Source of the DNA: Hemiscyllium ocellatum
Taxonomy: Eukaryota
Assembly (NCBI RefSeq): GCF_020745735.1
Contig: NC_083409.1
Location: 19,860,341 to 19,924,340 of the forward strand
Length of the DNA: 64,000 bases
Direction of reading: 5' to 3'
Position 1 is the stretch's first letter; every line of letters starts with the position of its first letter. The notes beneath the pieces were generated by a model. That model saw only the letters and a list, made by a program, of their open reading frames with translations, was not told where the DNA came from and searched no databases. Of this stretch, positions 60,190-64,000 are shown in pieces. The position numbers and the translations under genes were made by a program.

Positions 60190-62340
60190 TCCCCTCCTGA
60201 GGAACACTTCATTTGGTTTTGCATATTCACTTGTGGGAAGTGGGCTTCACCGGCTGGGCCAACATTTTTTACCTTGTCCCTAGTTGCCCTGGAGAAGGTG
60301 GTGGGAAGCTGCCATCTTGAATTGTTATCGTCCACAAGCTGTAAGTTGACCCACAATGCCAGCATTTTAACCCAGCAAGGCTGAGGGATCAGCGACATAT
60401 TTCCAAGTCCGGATGCTAAGCTTTTCTGAGGGGAGCTTGCAGCTCACAGTGTTCCCATGTATCTGCTGCTCCTGTTCTAAATGGAAGTGAACATGGGTTT
60501 GGAGGAAAACCAAAAGAACTGCAGATGCTGTAAATCCGAGACAAAAATAGAAAGTGCTGGAAAAGCTCAGCAGGTCTGGCAGCATCTGTGAAGAGAAATC
60601 AGAGTTAATATTTCATGCTCAACCCGAAATGTTAATTCTGATTTCTCTCCAAGATGCTTTCAGACCTGCTAAGCTTTTCCTGCAATTTCTGTTTTTGTCC
60701 ATGGGTTTGGAAGGTGCTACCTGAAGATCGGTGATGAATTTCTGCACTGCATCTTATCGATAATACACACTGCTGCTATGGAGCGTCAGTGACGGTGAGT
60801 TTGGATGCTTTGGGAACGCAATGCCAATCAAGGAGTTTGCTTTGCTCTGAATGGTATCAAGCTTTTTGAGTGGATAAGAAAGACATAGGATACAATAGAC
60901 ATAGATAGGAAAGGTTTCAAGGGATATGTGTGAAACGCAGGCAAATAAGATGAGTTCACTTCAAAAAACCTGGTCAGCATGTCGAAGTTTGGCTTAAGGG
61001 TTTGTTTCTGTGCTGTATGACTCTGTGACACTATCAATCTATGAATGTTGGTGCAGCTGCACCTGTCCAGGCAAGTGGGGAGTATTTGCTCCCACTCCTG
61101 ACTTGGTTGACAGGCTTTGGGGGGATCAGGCGGTGAGTTACTCGATGCAGTATTCCTAGCCTCTAACTTGCTCTTGTAACCACTGTGTTTCTTTGGTGAA
61201 TCCAGTTGTGTTTCTGGTCAATGGTACCTCAAGAATGTTGATAGTGGGGATTCAGTGATGGGAATAGCATTGATTGTCAAGGGGCGATGTTAAGATTGTC
61301 TCTGATTGGTGATGGTGATTGGCTGGCATTTGTATGGCACCAATGGGAAATGTCTCTTTTCAGACAAAACCTGGATATTGTCCAGATATTGTTGCATTTG
61401 CACGTGGACTGCTTCAGTATCTCAGGAGTTGACAATAGTGCAGAGCATTATGTAATCTTTGGCAATCATCCCCATTTACGAGTTTGTCTTGAGTTGCAAT
61501 ATCTGTTTGGAGTCTGTCCTATTTAGTACGGTGATAGTACCACACAACACAATGGAGGGGATTCTCAATGTGAAGGTCAGACTTTGTTTCCACAAGGACT
61601 GTGTGATGGTCACTCTTACCAATACATCTACAGCCACACGATTGGTGAGGATGGGGTCAAGCATCTTTTTCCATCTTTTTGGTTCCAGTTGCAGAGCCAG
61701 TCCCTCAGCTACATCCATGAGGAACCAACCAGCTCGATCAGTAATGCTGCTGCCAAGCCACTCTCAGTGGTGGACATTGAAACCCCCCACCCAGACTACA
61801 CTCTCTACTATCATCACCCTCAGTGATTTGGATTTCCTCCAAATGTTGTTCAACATCCAGGAGAGACTGATTCATCAGCCGAGGGAGCAAGATATCTTGT
61901 AATCACCAGGAGGTTTCCTCGCCCATGTTTAACCTGGTGTCATCACGGGGTCCAGAGCCAACTTTGAGACTTCCCAGGGTAACTCCCTCCCAACTGTAGA
62001 TCACTGTGTCATCAGCTCTGCTGGGTCTGCCTTTCTGGTGGGACAGGACACATGCAGGGACAGTGATGGTGGTGTTTGGGGCATTGTCTGCAAGGTATGG
62101 TTCTGTGAGTATGACTGTGTCAGGCTGTTGCTTGAGTCATCTGTAAGACAGCTGTCCTGAATTTGGCCCTAGCTCCCAGATGTCAGTAAGGAGGATGGAG
62201 CAGGGTAGACAGGGCTGTTTCTGTCATTGCCTTTTCGGTGTCTAGATCGATGCCTGTGGTCCGTCCGGTCTCATTTCTTTGTTGAAACATTGTCATAATT
62301 GATACAACTGACAGCCTTGCTCGGCCATTTCAGAGGGCAC
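60190..62340 (-). mobile_element. Second-family LINE fragments (as 22690-24540) with a PLE insert
   Basis: LDPILTN..DVLVRVTIT and shared 3' sequence. Confidence 0.7.
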
Positions 62341-62806
62341 TAGAGAGTCAACCACATTGCTAGAGGACAGTGCCGTGTACCCCAGCAGTACATTCCGGCT
62401 TCCCCCACTTCTCTATTCTGTATATGGAAGGCAGAAGCCTTCAGCAGGATATTCAACCGCAGGAGCTATCACAGCCCGTGTGCAATTCTGTCCCCACATT
62501 AAATCCACACAAATCTTGAATTCACATAACACCTTCAATGTCCAAACATTCCAAGAATGTTCACAAAGTTGCAGTGGGAGGGATGAGGGAGAGGGTGGAA
62601 GAACGTAAGAACTAGGAGCAGGAGCAGGCATTTCAGCTGCTCGAGCCCACTCCACCATTTAATACAATCATGGCTGATCCCATCTCAGACTCAACTCCAC
62701 TTTCCTGCCCACTCTCCATCATCCTTTAACCCATTACCCATTAAATATCTGTCCATTTCCTCCTTGGTGTGAGACAGGGAAGGGACCACTCCATTTCAGA
62801 AAAGAC

Positions 62807-63165
62807 TGACCATGGAAGGGGAAGGAGAGGGGAAGGGATTGGAACATGTTGTGAATGGACAGAATGGATCAGTGGGTCAGAGCCTGTCCTGTCCCTCGAA
62901 CTCACGCTGATGATCTGAGGATCTCCTCTCTCTGCCAGGCCTTCACGGAATGAGGTTTGTGTCCAAATCAGTCCCCAGTGAGAATAGGCCAACAGCACAG
63001 AACTGTCCTTCATTTGACCAGAATGAGAGAGGCCAAACCCTGGTCATCGTGGAAATAATGTCTTACTTCAGGAGAAAAAAGGGGTCAAGGGTTAACATGC
63101 ATTAGCGGGGCAGTGTAGAAGGAGATTTATCTTGCATTCAACTGTCACCACCCAGGACACTGTCA
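62807..63165. other. Module A copy 3 (inverted)
   Basis: Reverse complement of 10553-10930 and 31205-31585. Confidence 0.8.
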
Positions 63166-63169
63166 AAAA

Positions 63170-63753
63170 GAGAGAGCAGTGAGACAGAGAGAGAAATGGA
63201 GGGAAAAATTGTGTGTGTGTGTGTGTGTGTGTTTGTGTGTGTGAGAGAGAGAAAGAAAGAAAGAAAGTGAGAGAGAGATAGAGGGACGAGCAACTGATAT
63301 GGTGTAAGATATGTGAGGGGACCAAGAGACAGGTAGAGGGAGGTAGAAATGGTGAGGTTGAGTGATAGAGAGAGAAACAAGATGTGAGACAGAGTGACTG
63401 AGAGGGATTGAGAGAGACAAAGAGACAAGGAGAGAGAGAGTGAGAGACAGGATGGGTGTGAGACTAAGCATGAAGAGAGTTGAGAGGGAGGGTAGGGTTG
63501 AGTGTGAGAGAGAGAGAGATGAGTATGGATAGATTTATAATGACAGAGAGAGAGGGAGAGAAACTGTAAATTGGGAGGTAGAGAGGGAAGGAGAGAGAAA
63601 GAGGGAGGAATAGAGAGTGACAGGTAACAATTGGAGGCTTTTAATTGAAGTGAGAGAGGGAACGAGTAACAGAGACAGTGAGAGATGGAGAAACAGATGA
63701 TAAGATGGAGTGAGAAAGCATCAGTGAGTTGGAGAGAGTGGCTATGAGACAGA

Positions 63754-63787
<34 letters not shown>

Positions 63788-63880
63788 CAGAGAGTACATG
63801 AAAGAGATTAGCATTGGGAGAGAGAGATAGAGGTAGAGAGAAAGAAATGGCAGGTGTGAGTCAGAGAGAGAGAGGGAGAG
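63170..63880. repeat. GA/GT-rich compound microsatellite
   Basis: Read directly; inverted homolog of 30548-31203. Confidence 0.9.
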
Positions 63881-64000
63881 GTCCTGGTCACCACACTCTG
63901 GGAAGAATGTGATTGTACCTGAGAGGGTACAGGGGAGATTTCCCAGGATGCTGCCTGAATCTGAGCTTTGAGCAGTGAAGGCGTAAAAGGGACCTGATAG

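Larger units (their letters stand above)
47680..64000 (-). repeat. Segmental duplicon copy 3 (inverted relative to copies 1 and 2; continues past the window end)
   Basis: Reverse-complement matches include 47680-48612 to 26318-27310, 52268-52890 to 24545-25172, 59010-59946 to 13924-16000 and 35234-36140, and 62807-64000 to 10050-10930 and 30380-31585. Confidence 0.85.

Overview
Repeat-rich vertebrate DNA, inferred to be from a cartilaginous fish (shark) from the HE1/V-SINE-type SINEs, CR1, L2 and Penelope content and an NS4-like Ig kappa gene. The only host gene is a split immunoglobulin kappa-type light-chain V-J unit on the minus strand: leader 8347-8395, V exon 7859-8160, J 7283-7317. It has intact frames, splice sites and promoter, and I found no C exon in the window. 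The most striking feature is that both the V RSS (7831-7858) and the facing J RSS (7318-7345) have perfect heptamers and nonamers with 12-bp spacers. This 12/12 pair breaks the 12/23 rule. About 750 bp upstream of the leader, a ~790-bp degenerate telomeric array interrupts a CR1 3' tail. The rest of the window is a duplicon in three copies: ~10.0-27.3 kb (+), ~30.4-43.4 kb (+) and ~47.7-64 kb (inverted, running off the window). Each copy carries a ~260-bp module (~96% identical by eye) with a PU.1/IRF composite element, a RUNX site and an E-box, which is a candidate B-cell enhancer. The remainder is nested CR1, L2, Penelope (with minimal hammerhead-like motifs), SINE and Gmr1-like Gypsy remnants; several insertions have visible target-site duplications and paralogous empty sites. 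Ig, RSS and motif coordinates were counted base by base. Transposon and duplicon boundaries and percent identities are approximate manual estimates.
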